From an uncultured Gammaproteobacteria bacterium (lineage in GTDB: Bacteria > Patescibacteriota > Microgenomatia > UBA8517), in NCBI GenBank assembly GCA_964610395.1, contig CAZSXP010000002.1, forward strand, positions 10,192 through 74,191: DNA of 64,000 nt, in the 5' to 3' direction. The position numbers were made by a program, and so were the translations under genes. Position 1 is the stretch's first letter. Every line of letters starts with the position of its first letter. Below the pieces are notes generated by a model. It was not told the origin of the DNA. It made no database searches and saw only the letters and a program-made list of their open reading frames with translations. Positions 45,900-59,252 of the stretch are shown piece after piece.

Positions 45900-46931
45900 T
45901 TAAATTTTTAGTTTTGGATTTCTGTCCACTAAATCATAGTTATAATAATTCTTCATTCTTAATTTTTCACTCTTAATTTTGAGATAGGCGGTGACGCCTA
46001 TCATTACAGCATTATCTCCATTTAATTTTTTAGTGTAGGGAACATGAAGTTTAATATTATATTTTTTACATAGTTTTCGAAGTCTTTTTTTAAGTTCAAC
46101 ATTGTTTGCAACACCTCCTCCGAAAAGTAACGAAGTTACTTTTAGCGAGCAGTGATACTCCAAAACTTTAAGAATATGGTCAAAAGCTCTTGATTGAAAA
46201 CTAGCTGCAAGGTCTGCAATATCTTGTTTATTTGGTTTATCAATATCGTCAAAAAGCCTTACAAAAGCAGTTTTTAAACCTGAATAACTAAATCTGTTTT
46301 TAATTACATCATTTTGCAAGAGTAGGGGAAGCCTATATTTTTTTGGATCACCAATTTTTGCGAATTTTTCTAAAATTGCTCCCCCAGGGTAGCCTAGGCC
46401 TAAGAGTCTGGCTGCTTTATCAAGAGCTTCACCTAAAGCATCATCCGCTGTTTCAGCTAGTATTTCATAATCTCCAATGCCTTTTACTAAACACAAAACA
46501 GTCGTCCCACCCGAAAGAACTAAACCTAAGCTAGGGAATTTAATTTTTGTTTTTAAATTAACTAAAGGTGATAATAAATGTCCTTCAACATGATTAACAG
46601 GAATTAGTGGTTTTTTGTATTTAATTGCTAATTCTTTAGCTTTGTTTATGCCTACTTCTAAAGCAATTGCCAAGCCTGGACCGACAGTAACAGCAATGGC
46701 ATCAATATTTTTAAAATCTTTATATTTTGTGCCTAGAGCTTTTTGTATAACAAAATCAATTCGAGCCTGATGTTGTCTTTGCGCGAGGCTGGGTAAGACC
46801 CCTCCGAAGCTAGCATGGAGAGCGGACTGAGACCAAATACTGGACGAAACTACTTGGATATTCTCTACTACTGCTACAGCGGTCTCGTCACATGATGTAT
46901 CTATGGCTAAAATTATCATATGACCCCCCAA
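45900..46931 (-). CDS. tsaD: tRNA N6-adenosine threonylcarbamoyltransferase TsaD (Kae1/Gcp family)
   Basis: MIILAIDTSCDETAVAVV...NHVEGHL... metal-binding HxxxH. Confidence 0.8.
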   Translation of the reverse strand: MGGHMIILAIDTSCDETAVAVVENIQVVSSSIWSQSALHASFGGVLPSLAQRQHQARIDFVIQKALGTKYKDFKNIDAIAVTVGPGLAIALEVGINKAKELAIKYKKPLIPVNHVEGHLLSPLVNLKTKIKFPSLGLVLSGGTTVLCLVKGIGDYEILAETADDALGEALDKAARLLGLGYPGGAILEKFAKIGDPKKYRLPLLLQNDVIKNRFSYSGLKTAFVRLFDDIDKPNKQDIADLAASFQSRAFDHILKVLEYHCSLKVTSLLFGGGVANNVELKKRLRKLCKKYNIKLHVPYTKKLNGDNAVMIGVTAYLKIKSEKLRMKNYYNYDLVDRNPKLKI

Positions 46932-47965
46932 CTAATTAAACGATCATTGAAATTTTTACCATATTCTATTTTTATCCAAATAATTATTGCTTCCTCTGAA
47001 TATTTTTTAATTTCATCAAGTGTACGATCAGCCCATTCAATTGCAAGAACAGATTTGTCATGAATTAACTTTTTTGTTCCTAAATCTTTAAGTTCCTTGT
47101 TTGGGTTTAACATTCTCCATGTATCAATATGTGTTAATAAATCATATGAATTTAGTAAGTCATATGAGGGAGATGATATTTCTTCTTTAATCCCCATCGC
47201 TTTTGCTAAACCTTTTACAAATTGAGTTTTTCCAGTACCCATTTTCCCTTCTAACGCAAAGATTATCGCCCGTTTACCTACAAAACTATCATATTTTTGC
47301 CAGAGTTCTTTAGCTATATTTTGTGTATTTTCTTCATTTCTTGAAAGTACCTCATTTTTCTTTCTAAGTTTTATTTCACCTTGTCTTAAAATTATTAGTT
47401 GGTCATCATAAGTAGTATCAATTACAGTTGATGGTTCGTTGTGTGGAAGTTCTCCTGCATCAATCATTAAATCAATTAATTTTTTTTGTTTTTCTGAGAT
47501 GTTGTCCAAGATGTCTGACAGCTTATATGGTCTTTTTTGATAACTGGTATTTGCAGAAGTTGCAGTTATAGGTTTATTTAATTTTTTACATACTTCTTGA
47601 AAAAAAGGATAATCAGGAATTCTAATACCTAAAGTTCCATTTTCAGCCTCAACTCCTTTTGCTAAATTATGTTTTCCGGTTGAAATAACAGTTACTGGAC
47701 CAGGAAGAAATCTTTTATACAAATTTCTTGCAGTTTCATTCAAAACTACATATTTTTCTGCCATTTTAATGTCGGTTACTCCAACAGAAAAAGGTTTTCC
47801 AAAAGGGCGATTTTTAAATGTTACAAGTTTCTTAACTGCTTTTTCGTTTGTTGCGTCAACAGCAGCGATATACACAGTTTCAGTGGACATAAAAACAAGC
47901 TGGCCAGTTTCTAAGGCCTGTACAGCAACTTTTACGGCTTCATGATTTTCTGGAATTATTTGCAT
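46916..47965 (-). CDS. fusion protein: TsaC/Sua5 (YrdC domain) N-terminal plus TsaE (YjeE P-loop) C-terminal
   Basis: N-terminal YrdC fold pattern (VFMSTETVYIAAVDATNEKAVKKLVTFKNRPFGKPF); C-terminal P-loop ALEGKMGTGKTQFVKGLAKAMG typical of TsaE. Confidence 0.6.
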   Translation of the reverse strand: MQIIPENHEAVKVAVQALETGQLVFMSTETVYIAAVDATNEKAVKKLVTFKNRPFGKPFSVGVTDIKMAEKYVVLNETARNLYKRFLPGPVTVISTGKHNLAKGVEAENGTLGIRIPDYPFFQEVCKKLNKPITATSANTSYQKRPYKLSDILDNISEKQKKLIDLMIDAGELPHNEPSTVIDTTYDDQLIILRQGEIKLRKKNEVLSRNEENTQNIAKELWQKYDSFVGKRAIIFALEGKMGTGKTQFVKGLAKAMGIKEEISSPSYDLLNSYDLLTHIDTWRMLNPNKELKDLGTKKLIHDKSVLAIEWADRTLDEIKKYSEEAIIIWIKIEYGKNFNDRLISWGVI

Positions 47966-47967
47966 AA

Positions 47968-48603
47968 CTAAACTTTTTCTATATGTGGTTCGTCTTCTTT
48001 AAAATGTTTATATTCATGTTTAATTGATTTATATATAACAATACCTGCAATTATTAAAAATATCCAGGCAAGTATTCCTAGGCTACTCATGATATTTCTT
48101 AAATTTTCTTTTTCAAAACCTGCAAAATAACCCAGCATAACCATTAATGAAACCCAGCTTAATGATGCAATAAAGGCATAAAGATTGAATTTTAGTAAGT
48201 TGTATTTTTCAACACCTGCAATATAACTTATCCAGAACCGCGTCAGGTTCGCCATCATTGAGGTTGTTAAAATTGCTGCACCATTATTTTTAAGAATTCT
48301 TTTTGCAAAACTTGCATTTTTTTGTTGGTGCAATTTATTAACGAGCCACATGCCAGTCTTGTTTCCTAATAAATATGCTAAAAGAAAAGCTATCCATGTA
48401 CCAACAGTTCCCCATAAAATAATTGGTATAAGTGGTAAGTTTGAATTTCCATTTGATAGATATCCAGCAATAACTAAAATAGCTCCTCCTGGAACAGCCC
48501 ACCCAAGCGGGGTAATTTCAATTAGACTTCCTAAAAAAATTATTGGGTAACCAAACTTTTCAAAAAGTGTTCCTAAAATATCTAGTATTTGAACTATATT
48601 CAT
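47968..48603 (-). CDS. DedA/VTT-family membrane protein
   Basis: LGSLIEITPLGWAVPGGAILVIAGYL DedA signature, 4-5 TM. Confidence 0.6.
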   Translation of the reverse strand: MNIVQILDILGTLFEKFGYPIIFLGSLIEITPLGWAVPGGAILVIAGYLSNGNSNLPLIPIILWGTVGTWIAFLLAYLLGNKTGMWLVNKLHQQKNASFAKRILKNNGAAILTTSMMANLTRFWISYIAGVEKYNLLKFNLYAFIASLSWVSLMVMLGYFAGFEKENLRNIMSSLGILAWIFLIIAGIVIYKSIKHEYKHFKEDEPHIEKV

Positions 48604-48770
48604 TGGTATAGTATATAGTATGGAAGTTTTATCTGCACGCGTACTAGAGCTTTATCGAATGCTCAGTATTGAGCCATCAGTTATGACAAAAGATATGGGC
48701 AATGTATGTCTTGATGTAGAAGATTATCATACAGACGAGCAATTGATTGATTTTTTAAACGGGAAAGAAA

Positions 48771-50480
48771 TTACAAACCCGTCCCCCGGAGATAAACCGC
48801 CTGCCATGGACGGTAGTTAGAAACAAATTTTTGATCAATTAATGTTTCTTCACCTCTTGTTACTTTATAATCAAATACAACCTTTGCCCCGTAAGCTCTG
48901 TGCTCAATTTGCTTTACCTGCCCGGCAGGAAGGGTTGGATCATCTTGGTATAAATCTTCAGCTGGTGCAGACGATGATGTGATAGTTGGTTTTGATGTTG
49001 TTGCAATACGTCCATCATTTGTTCCATATATTTCAAAGATAAGTGAATAATTATTCTTATTGATTGTGGGTTGGATGAGTATATAGTTTGCTGTGTCATT
49101 TTTGAATTTAAAATCAGTAGTTGGGTAGTAAACTGTTGCATCTAAACCTACAGATGAACCTTGTTCATAATAACCGACTCTATACGCATGAGCTCTTCTC
49201 TCTACAATTGGTAACCCTGCAGAAAGAACTGCCCTAAAAAGAGTTGTTGATACTTGGCAAACCCCTCCACCATCTCCAAGGACTGTTTTACCATCCATTA
49301 TGACATAAGCTGCTTTATAACCAGTGTAGGAAGATACATCTCCCAAAATTTCATTAAAAGAAAAAACCTCATTTGGTGGGACTAAAACACCTTTAAATTT
49401 TGATTGAGCTAAATTAATATTGTAGATTCTGTTTACTATTGATCCTTTAAAATAGGAAACTCCTTTTCCAAGAAGTGTGTTAATACCTAAATCATTTACA
49501 TCTTCATTTCTGATTTTTGCAGATGATTTGATAACTGGAATATTAAAAGCAAATGTGTTTTGATCTTCATTTGAAAGTTTAATAACATAATTTTTTATTT
49601 CTTCTACTAATTTATCTTCATCAACAGTTATACCATCTTGAGACGGAGTAAATTCAGTAACATTACCATTTTCTATAATAAAAACTGAATTTTGGGGATT
49701 TCTATTAATTTTTCTTGAAACGTCTGCAATCTTTGATTTTATTTGAGTTTCATTAAAATCGTTTCTTGGGTCAAGGAAAAGTGCTAATTCTTTATCGTTT
49801 ATTTCTATTGTGTCAAAATCTAGTTTAAGTTCTAGTTTTTTATTAACAATTTTTTCAACTTTGTCTTTATAAATTTTAGCCTCATCTATGTTTAATTCAT
49901 CTTTTGTCTCAATTAAATTAACATCAATTTTATTGTTGTTAAGGAAGATGATTGAGGATTTGATTTTACTGGAAAGATCATCAATATCTATTTCAACACC
50001 GTTTTTCCCTGAATCAACTATCACTTCTCCATTTATAATTTTTACAGACGGACTTATTGGGGTTGAACCCTCCTTTGAAGATAAAATAAGTAATAATTCT
50101 TTAAGTTTTGCTTGATCAAATTCTACTTCTAGACCCATTCTTTCAGGCTTAAAAATAAGTTTTATCTTTGTGTAAAAATCTAAAATAAAATTTCCTGTGT
50201 GGGTGTATATATAGGCTCTGTTTACGCTTTTTTCATAATCTATTTTTTTAACTATTTCTGACGATAATATTTCTTTTTCAGCACCATTTATATTCAAAGT
50301 TATTTTTGAGGGGATTGGGGTACTTGAAATTAAATTAACGGCAGAAGTTTTATCCTTGTCTCCAACATAAAGATTGGCAATATATATATTTGGATAAATT
50401 TTTCCTATAAATGGAATATTTATTATTCCAATAAAAAACAAGATTACGACAATTAATAACAAAATTCGTTTCTTGACCAT
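48771..50480 (-). CDS. VanW-family protein
   Basis: N-terminal TM plus C-terminal VanW domain (GVLVPPNEVFSFNEILG...GGGVCQVSTTLFRA). Confidence 0.65.
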   Translation of the reverse strand: MVKKRILLLIVVILFFIGIINIPFIGKIYPNIYIANLYVGDKDKTSAVNLISSTPIPSKITLNINGAEKEILSSEIVKKIDYEKSVNRAYIYTHTGNFILDFYTKIKLIFKPERMGLEVEFDQAKLKELLLILSSKEGSTPISPSVKIINGEVIVDSGKNGVEIDIDDLSSKIKSSIIFLNNNKIDVNLIETKDELNIDEAKIYKDKVEKIVNKKLELKLDFDTIEINDKELALFLDPRNDFNETQIKSKIADVSRKINRNPQNSVFIIENGNVTEFTPSQDGITVDEDKLVEEIKNYVIKLSNEDQNTFAFNIPVIKSSAKIRNEDVNDLGINTLLGKGVSYFKGSIVNRIYNINLAQSKFKGVLVPPNEVFSFNEILGDVSSYTGYKAAYVIMDGKTVLGDGGGVCQVSTTLFRAVLSAGLPIVERRAHAYRVGYYEQGSSVGLDATVYYPTTDFKFKNDTANYILIQPTINKNNYSLIFEIYGTNDGRIATTSKPTITSSSAPAEDLYQDDPTLPAGQVKQIEHRAYGAKVVFDYKVTRGEETLIDQKFVSNYRPWQAVYLRGTGL

Positions 50481-51819
50481 TTGTTATATGATATCATTAT
50501 ATTATATGGGATCCAAAAAAATAATTTTGATTGCAGCAGGTGTGATTATTTTGCTTGTAACTATTTTTTTTGTTGTTAGAGCCGTAATATCAAATAAAAA
50601 TAAATTTACATCTAATGTTGATGAAATTGTTTGGTGGGGTCTGTGGGAAGATGAAAATATTGTTTTATCTGTAATCTCAGATTATGAAGCAAGTAATCCT
50701 AAAGTAAAAATAAAATATGTTAGACAGTCAAAAGAGGATTATAGGGAAAGATTAACAAGTGCTTTAGCCAAAGGGACAGGACCTGATATTTTTAGATTTC
50801 ATAATACATGGGTTCCAATGTTTAAGTCTGAACTGGATAAAGTTCCTGCAAATATATTTACTGTTTCAGATTTTTCAACCATATTTTATCCTGTAGCGGT
50901 ATCTGATTTAACAGTTGGTGCAAATTTGGTGGGGATACCTCTTGAATATGATGGTTTATCTTTATACATAAATGAAGAAATTTTTGAGAAGGCCGGTAAG
51001 GACTTCCCAGCAACTTGGAACGAGTTAAGGCAAATTGCTAGAGAACTAACAATAACTGATGAAACGGGGGCAATTACTCAGGCTGGTGTAGCTCTTGGTG
51101 TTACTTCCAATGTTGATCATTGGCCAGAGATATTAGGGCTTATGATGCTTCAAAATGGAGTTGATTTAACAAAACCCACAGGAAAATTAGCAGAGGATGC
51201 ACTAGATTTTTATACAATATTTTCAAATAGTGATGGAGTTTGGGATGCAACACTTCCTTCCTCAACAGTTGCCTTTGCTGGGGGAAAATTGGCAATGTAT
51301 TTTGGACCCAGCTGGCGTGCTTTTGAGATAAGATTACAAAATCCAAATTTAAGATTTAAAACAATACCAGTACCGCAACTTCCAAAGACAGAAGCAAACG
51401 AGAGAGATATGACCTATGCTTCTTATTGGGCTGAGGGTGTTTGGACAAGATCTAAAAATAAAGAAGATGCTTGGAATTTTTTGAAGTATGTGTCAAGTAA
51501 AGAAGTTTTAGAAAAATTATATAATCAATCATCAAAATCAAGAATGTTTGGCGAGCCATATCCAAGGCAAGAAATGGAAATTTTATTAAAAGACCATCCA
51601 ATTATAGGTACAACTATAGAGGCTGCAAAAACTGCACAAACTTGGTTTTTGCAAAGCAGAACTTGGGATGGACCAACAGGAATTAATTCCCAAATAAACA
51701 AATATTTTGAAGATGCCATTAATTTAGTTAATACTGGAAAAGAGGCTAAAGTTGCTTTAGAGCCTGTTGCAGCGGGAGTAATTCAGGTATTATCTCAGTA
51801 TGGAATTAAAATCCAATAA
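50473..51819 (+). CDS. extracellular solute-binding protein (ABC transporter SBP family 1), orphan
   Basis: Signal-anchor plus MalE-like SBP pattern. The start is more likely at MGSKKIIL (50506). No permease or ATPase genes adjacent. Confidence 0.5.
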   Translation: MTICYMISLYYMGSKKIILIAAGVIILLVTIFFVVRAVISNKNKFTSNVDEIVWWGLWEDENIVLSVISDYEASNPKVKIKYVRQSKEDYRERLTSALAKGTGPDIFRFHNTWVPMFKSELDKVPANIFTVSDFSTIFYPVAVSDLTVGANLVGIPLEYDGLSLYINEEIFEKAGKDFPATWNELRQIARELTITDETGAITQAGVALGVTSNVDHWPEILGLMMLQNGVDLTKPTGKLAEDALDFYTIFSNSDGVWDATLPSSTVAFAGGKLAMYFGPSWRAFEIRLQNPNLRFKTIPVPQLPKTEANERDMTYASYWAEGVWTRSKNKEDAWNFLKYVSSKEVLEKLYNQSSKSRMFGEPYPRQEMEILLKDHPIIGTTIEAAKTAQTWFLQSRTWDGPTGINSQINKYFEDAINLVNTGKEAKVALEPVAAGVIQVLSQYGIKIQ

Positions 51820-52573
51820 CGGAATATCAATACGCTACCATGATATTTTTGATTACAAGCTAACAAAACCAGAGGCCATTAAATGGCAGTATATAAATCA
51901 AAAAGTTACTGTTAGTGGGATTAAGAATAAGGGTAGACTTCAAAGAGAAAAATATTCTCAAGCAAAGCTTCTTTTGGCAACAAAAGCAGCAGAAATTATT
52001 TCAAAAATTCCTACAGTAAAATTTGTTGGTATTACAGGAGCGCTTGCTATGAATAACGCAAGTAGAGATTCCGATATAGATTTAATGATTATTACAAAAA
52101 GTGGTTTTTTATGGACAACGCGTTTATTTGTCTATTTGCTTATTTGTTTATTTGGAATTCAGACACGGAAACCAAAGTATAATTTACAAAAAGATATGTT
52201 GTGTCTAAACATGTGGATGGATGAACACTTGCTAGAGTGGAATAAAAAAGATAGAAATATTTATACGGCCCATGAAATCGCCCAAATCGTGCCATTGGTT
52301 AACAAAAACAATGTATATGAAAAATTTCTTTGGCAAAACAAGTGGATTTTAACCTACTGGCCAAATGCTGTCGCAGTACAAAGTACAAAGAGACTGCATC
52401 ACTTCGTGGGCACAGTACAGAGTAAAAAAACAAATTTTTTTGAAATTATTGCTTTTAAACTTCAATATTTATATATGAAGCCAAAAATTACAAGAGAAAT
52501 TGTTACTCCCACTCGTGCAATTTTCCACCCAAATGATTGGGGAAAGGTTGTAATTAAAAAACTTTCCTCTTGA
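51800..52573 (+). CDS. nucleotidyltransferase-domain protein (hypothetical)
   Basis: GxxxxxSRDSDIDLMIIT minimal NTase motif. Contains a copy of the dispersed 18-nt repeat at 52395-52412. Confidence 0.4.
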   Translation: MELKSNNGISIRYHDIFDYKLTKPEAIKWQYINQKVTVSGIKNKGRLQREKYSQAKLLLATKAAEIISKIPTVKFVGITGALAMNNASRDSDIDLMIITKSGFLWTTRLFVYLLICLFGIQTRKPKYNLQKDMLCLNMWMDEHLLEWNKKDRNIYTAHEIAQIVPLVNKNNVYEKFLWQNKWILTYWPNAVAVQSTKRLHHFVGTVQSKKTNFFEIIAFKLQYLYMKPKITREIVTPTRAIFHPNDWGKVVIKKLSS

Positions 52574-52616
52574 CAGGTGATTGTCTCATGCGTAAAATAG
52601 CACTCATACTAATTAA

Positions 52617-55683
<3,067 letters not shown>

Positions 55684-55750
55684 TAATTAATTATTATCCG
55701 AAGTAAGTACGAAGTCAAGAGTATTCTAGATAATATGATATTATCAATAT

Positions 55751-56437
55751 ATGTACCCAAAACTTAAAGTAGGTATCAATAAAGAGTTTGATAAGATTAT
55801 GTGTCTGAAATTCTTGAACAAACAAAAGGCTGGTATAGATTTTGGTGCAGGAATTATAAAAGTTCACACTGGTCTACAAGGTATTGAGAATAAACCATTG
55901 GATGATCAAGAAAAACAAATAAGTAATTATTTTGAAGAGTTTTATCAATCAAATATAATAGAACTTGAAAAAACCAGGGATAAGTTTACTGACGATTGGA
56001 ACAAAATAGAAAGTGATTTTTTTAAGCTATGTAATAAATATTTTGGCAATCTATCTTGGCCTGAAGGTAGATATATTGGATTTTTATCAATAATCAGTTG
56101 CAATCCTCGCTTTTTAGATGAGAAAACATTTCAAGTATACTGGAAAAACAAAAAAGGATTTGTTCCTGTGGCTGTGCATGAAATGTTACATTTTCTTTTT
56201 TACCACATCTTATTAGTAAATTTTCCCTCAGTTGATGTTAATAATGAAGAAGTATGGAAACTTTCAGAAATATTTAACATTTTAATTCTAAAACAACCTG
56301 ATTTTGTTGAAGTAACAAATGATCCAAACCCTAGTCAATATCCCGACCTTTTAGGTTTACAGAATAAGCTAGATCCTGTTTGGCAAGAGACGAAGAATGC
56401 CAACTCTTTTTTACAAAAATCACTAAATTTTAGGTAG
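55751..56437 (+). CDS. hypothetical HExxH-motif protein (putative zinc metallopeptidase)
   Basis: AVHEMLHFLFYH motif. Confidence 0.3.
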   Translation: MYPKLKVGINKEFDKIMCLKFLNKQKAGIDFGAGIIKVHTGLQGIENKPLDDQEKQISNYFEEFYQSNIIELEKTRDKFTDDWNKIESDFFKLCNKYFGNLSWPEGRYIGFLSIISCNPRFLDEKTFQVYWKNKKGFVPVAVHEMLHFLFYHILLVNFPSVDVNNEEVWKLSEIFNILILKQPDFVEVTNDPNPSQYPDLLGLQNKLDPVWQETKNANSFLQKSLNFR

Positions 56438-56449
56438 TATATTATTTGA

Positions 56450-57037
56450 ATGTGGCAAGAAGCTGAGAAAGAACTTCAAAAAGATAAATATATTGGACCA
56501 CTAATCAAAAAGTGGGGACATTGCACAATAGGAGACGCATTCGCGATAAAACCACTTAAAAAGAACCAGTATTTTGAAGATTTAGTTAATGCAATATGTT
56601 CTCAACAATTATCAGGAAAAGCTGCAGAAACTATATTTGGTAGAGTTAAAAGTTTACTTTCTAAAATTACTCCCAAAAATATACTTTCTAAAACCGATCA
56701 AGAATTAAGAGGTTGTGGTTTATCTTGGCAAAAAGTATCTTATATTAAAGATTTGGCTGAACATGTAATAAGTAATAAGTTGAAAGTAGAAAGCTTAAAT
56801 ACACTTTCTGATGAGGAAGTAATTAAAGAACTAGTTGCAGTAAAAGGAATTGGCAGATGGACTGCAGAAATGTTTTTAATGTTTAGTTTAGCCCGTCCTG
56901 ATATTTTACCTAAAGATGATTTAGGAATAAACAAAGCTTTAAAAAATTTAAAAATTAAATCAATATATACTAAAAAATGGAAGCCTTATAGAACAGTTGC
57001 TTCATGGTATCTCTGGCGCTCACTTGAAAATAGATAG
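56450..57037 (+). CDS. HhH-GPD superfamily DNA glycosylase (AlkA/3-methyladenine glycosylase II-like)
   Basis: HhH-GPD motif VAVKGIGRWTAEMFLMFSLARPDILPKDDLGI with catalytic Asp. Confidence 0.65.
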   Translation: MWQEAEKELQKDKYIGPLIKKWGHCTIGDAFAIKPLKKNQYFEDLVNAICSQQLSGKAAETIFGRVKSLLSKITPKNILSKTDQELRGCGLSWQKVSYIKDLAEHVISNKLKVESLNTLSDEEVIKELVAVKGIGRWTAEMFLMFSLARPDILPKDDLGINKALKNLKIKSIYTKKWKPYRTVASWYLWRSLENR

Positions 57038-57058
57038 ATATTATGAGAATATTGCGAC

Positions 57059-57481
57059 ATGGTTGAACGTGGAGAACAAATTGAAAAACATGGAGTTATT
57101 TTTGCTTTATGGGATGGAGAGAAAATCCAACTTGAAGAACGGAAAAAAATTGGAGGAAAATTCTTTGGATATATATTAGTTCCGGGAGGAGCAGTTGAGG
57201 AAGGTGAAACCTTAAAAGAAGCATTATTTAGAGAGGTAGGAGAGGAATATGGAGTTAAAGCCCTTTCATATAGAAAGATTGGAATATATCCAAACATTGA
57301 AGATAATGGAATTTTAAATGTAAGACATTTATATTTAGTAACAAAATGGAAAGGTAATTTATCAAACCCTGAAAATACGAACGGTCATATTGAAACTACA
57401 ATTAAAGAAGCGTTTGAAGTTTGTAAACATCCACTATCTCAAATATTTTTAAAACGAATTCAAAAAGAATTATCTAGGTAA
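57059..57481 (+). CDS. NUDIX hydrolase
   Basis: Nudix box GGAVEEGETLKEALFREVGEEYGV. Confidence 0.7.
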   Translation: MVERGEQIEKHGVIFALWDGEKIQLEERKKIGGKFFGYILVPGGAVEEGETLKEALFREVGEEYGVKALSYRKIGIYPNIEDNGILNVRHLYLVTKWKGNLSNPENTNGHIETTIKEAFEVCKHPLSQIFLKRIQKELSR

Positions 57482-58213
57482 GATTGATAGAGGGTTGATT
57501 GGAATACCATGATCCCTGACTTCTAAATGTAAATGATCACCAGTTGAACGTCCAGTATCTCCCATTTCACCTAAAACAGTATCAGTTGTGACTTCATCAC
57601 CTTCTTTTACTTTAATTTTTGATAAATGGGCGTAGAGAGATTTTAAATTATTACCATGATTTACAATCACGTTTTTTCCATAGCCTATTTTAGATATTTC
57701 CACAGACTCAATTTTACCCTTTTTAATAGGTTTAATTGGATCTCCAGTTATACCATCTATGTCTAATCCAGGATGGAAAAGTTTATACCCCTGAGTAATT
57801 ATCAAGTCATGAACTGGGTTTTGGATAGCTATATTAGTATGAATTGGGGTTTCTGCACCACCAATACTAATTATTTCACTAACATTAGTACTGCCGAGTG
57901 TATTATTTGGAACAAAAGATGAAGCAATTAACATTAGTGCAATGTTTGTACCTAATAGTTTTTTTGCAGCCTTGTGTTCAAAAATATATCTAAAAAATTT
58001 ACGAGTTAAACCACCTACACGATATTTGAGATTTAATCTCTTTTTGGTAGGGATAATAGGTTCTTCCAAAGGTGATTTTCGCCTCTTGATCAATCTATAT
58101 TGAAATGAGAGACGATACTTTGGTAAATGTAGAGTTAGTTTTTGCATATTCTCCCCTCGATCAGGGCGAAACAAAAATCCCGCAATTACTTGCGAGATGT
58201 GTGATTCTACCAT
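57470..58213 (-). CDS. M23-family peptidase (LytM-like)
   Basis: HPGLDI...YAHL...GDTGRSTGDHLHLEV M23 motifs; N-terminal signal-anchor. The start may be MQKLTL at 58147. Confidence 0.7.
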   Translation of the reverse strand: MVESHISQVIAGFLFRPDRGENMQKLTLHLPKYRLSFQYRLIKRRKSPLEEPIIPTKKRLNLKYRVGGLTRKFFRYIFEHKAAKKLLGTNIALMLIASSFVPNNTLGSTNVSEIISIGGAETPIHTNIAIQNPVHDLIITQGYKLFHPGLDIDGITGDPIKPIKKGKIESVEISKIGYGKNVIVNHGNNLKSLYAHLSKIKVKEGDEVTTDTVLGEMGDTGRSTGDHLHLEVRDHGIPINPLSILPR

Positions 58214-58267
58214 ATGAAATACCTAAAAGTCAAATTATGGGGTGTTTTTTCAAGTTAAGATTTATTG

Positions 58268-58339
58268 AGGCCGGAGCGGGAATCGAACCCGCGCATAGAA
58301 GTTTTGCAGACTCCAGTGTTTCCACTTCACCATCCGGCC
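58268..58339 (-). tRNA. tRNA-Cys (anticodon GCA)
   Basis: Sense GGCCGGATGGTGAAGTGGAAACACTGGAGTCTGCAAAACTTCTATGCGCGGGTTCGATTCCCGCTCCGGCCT: 7-bp acceptor, anticodon loop CTGCAAA, T-loop TTCGATT, discriminator U. Confidence 0.8.
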
Positions 58340-58406
58340 AATAGCCATATTGTAACATCTGATAAGCAAGCTTGTCACTTACTTTGTTCGTGATAAACTT
58401 ACACAT

Positions 58407-59252
58407 ATGAAAAAGAAAGTTATCAAAATGATTCTTGTCATAACTGGAATTATTGCCATAGGTTTATTGATTTTATTTTTACTTGGTTTTTTTGATCTAC
58501 AAGAAGCAGGAGTTTTAATAGAAGCAGACCCAGTTTCAACTGTTTATATAGATGGGCAAGAAGTTGGTAAAACTCCATATGAGGTAAATAGAAAACCTGG
58601 TGAAATATCTTTAAGAATTAAACCAGACAATGTTAATGATGTTGTCTTAGACGATTATGAGACTAAGATAAATTTAGTTTCAGGAATTAGAACAATTGTT
58701 AAAAGAGTTTTTAGAGAAACAGAAGAAGCTTCAAGTGGAGTAGTCGTATCTTTTGAAAAACTAGGTGGCAAAGAATCGTATGTAACCGCAGTATCGGTTC
58801 CTGATAATGCACAAGTCTTAATTGATAATAAAATATATGGTTATACACCCCTTCGCGTAAAAGTTCCGGCCGGAGATCATAATTTAGTTGTTTCTGCTGA
58901 TAAATATCTAGAAAAGTCACTTCCAATTAGAGTTTATGCAGGTTATAAACTAACAGTTTCAGTTAAATTAGCAAAAATAGATGCACCAGCAGTTGAGCAA
59001 GAAAAGCCAGTTGAAGAAATTAAGATGAAAGTGAAAATTGACAAAACAGATATAGGTTTTTTAAGAGTTAGACAAGGAGCAGGTATAGATTTTCCTGAAG
59101 TAGCACAAGTTAAACCAGATGAAGAATATGAAATAATTGAGGAAAATGAAGATGCTAGCTGGTTTAAAATTAAATCTGGTGAGGTGGAAGGTTGGGTTTC
59201 TGGGGAGTTTGTAACAAAGATCTATATTCCACTAACAGATACTCCAGAATAA
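58407..59252 (+). CDS. PEGA-domain protein with C-terminal SH3b-like domain
   Basis: Signal-anchor, two PEGA-like repeats (VYIDGQEVGKTPY, VLIDNKIYGYTPL), C-terminal SWFKIKSGEVEGWVSGEFV. Confidence 0.5.
   Translation: MKKKVIKMILVITGIIAIGLLILFLLGFFDLQEAGVLIEADPVSTVYIDGQEVGKTPYEVNRKPGEISLRIKPDNVNDVVLDDYETKINLVSGIRTIVKRVFRETEEASSGVVVSFEKLGGKESYVTAVSVPDNAQVLIDNKIYGYTPLRVKVPAGDHNLVVSADKYLEKSLPIRVYAGYKLTVSVKLAKIDAPAVEQEKPVEEIKMKVKIDKTDIGFLRVRQGAGIDFPEVAQVKPDEEYEIIEENEDASWFKIKSGEVEGWVSGEFVTKIYIPLTDTPE

Noticed and set aside
58105-58344. 79-aa plus-strand ORF
   Set aside because: Overlaps the M23 peptidase N-terminus antisense and reads through tRNA-Cys (…AGIEPA… antisense T-arm).
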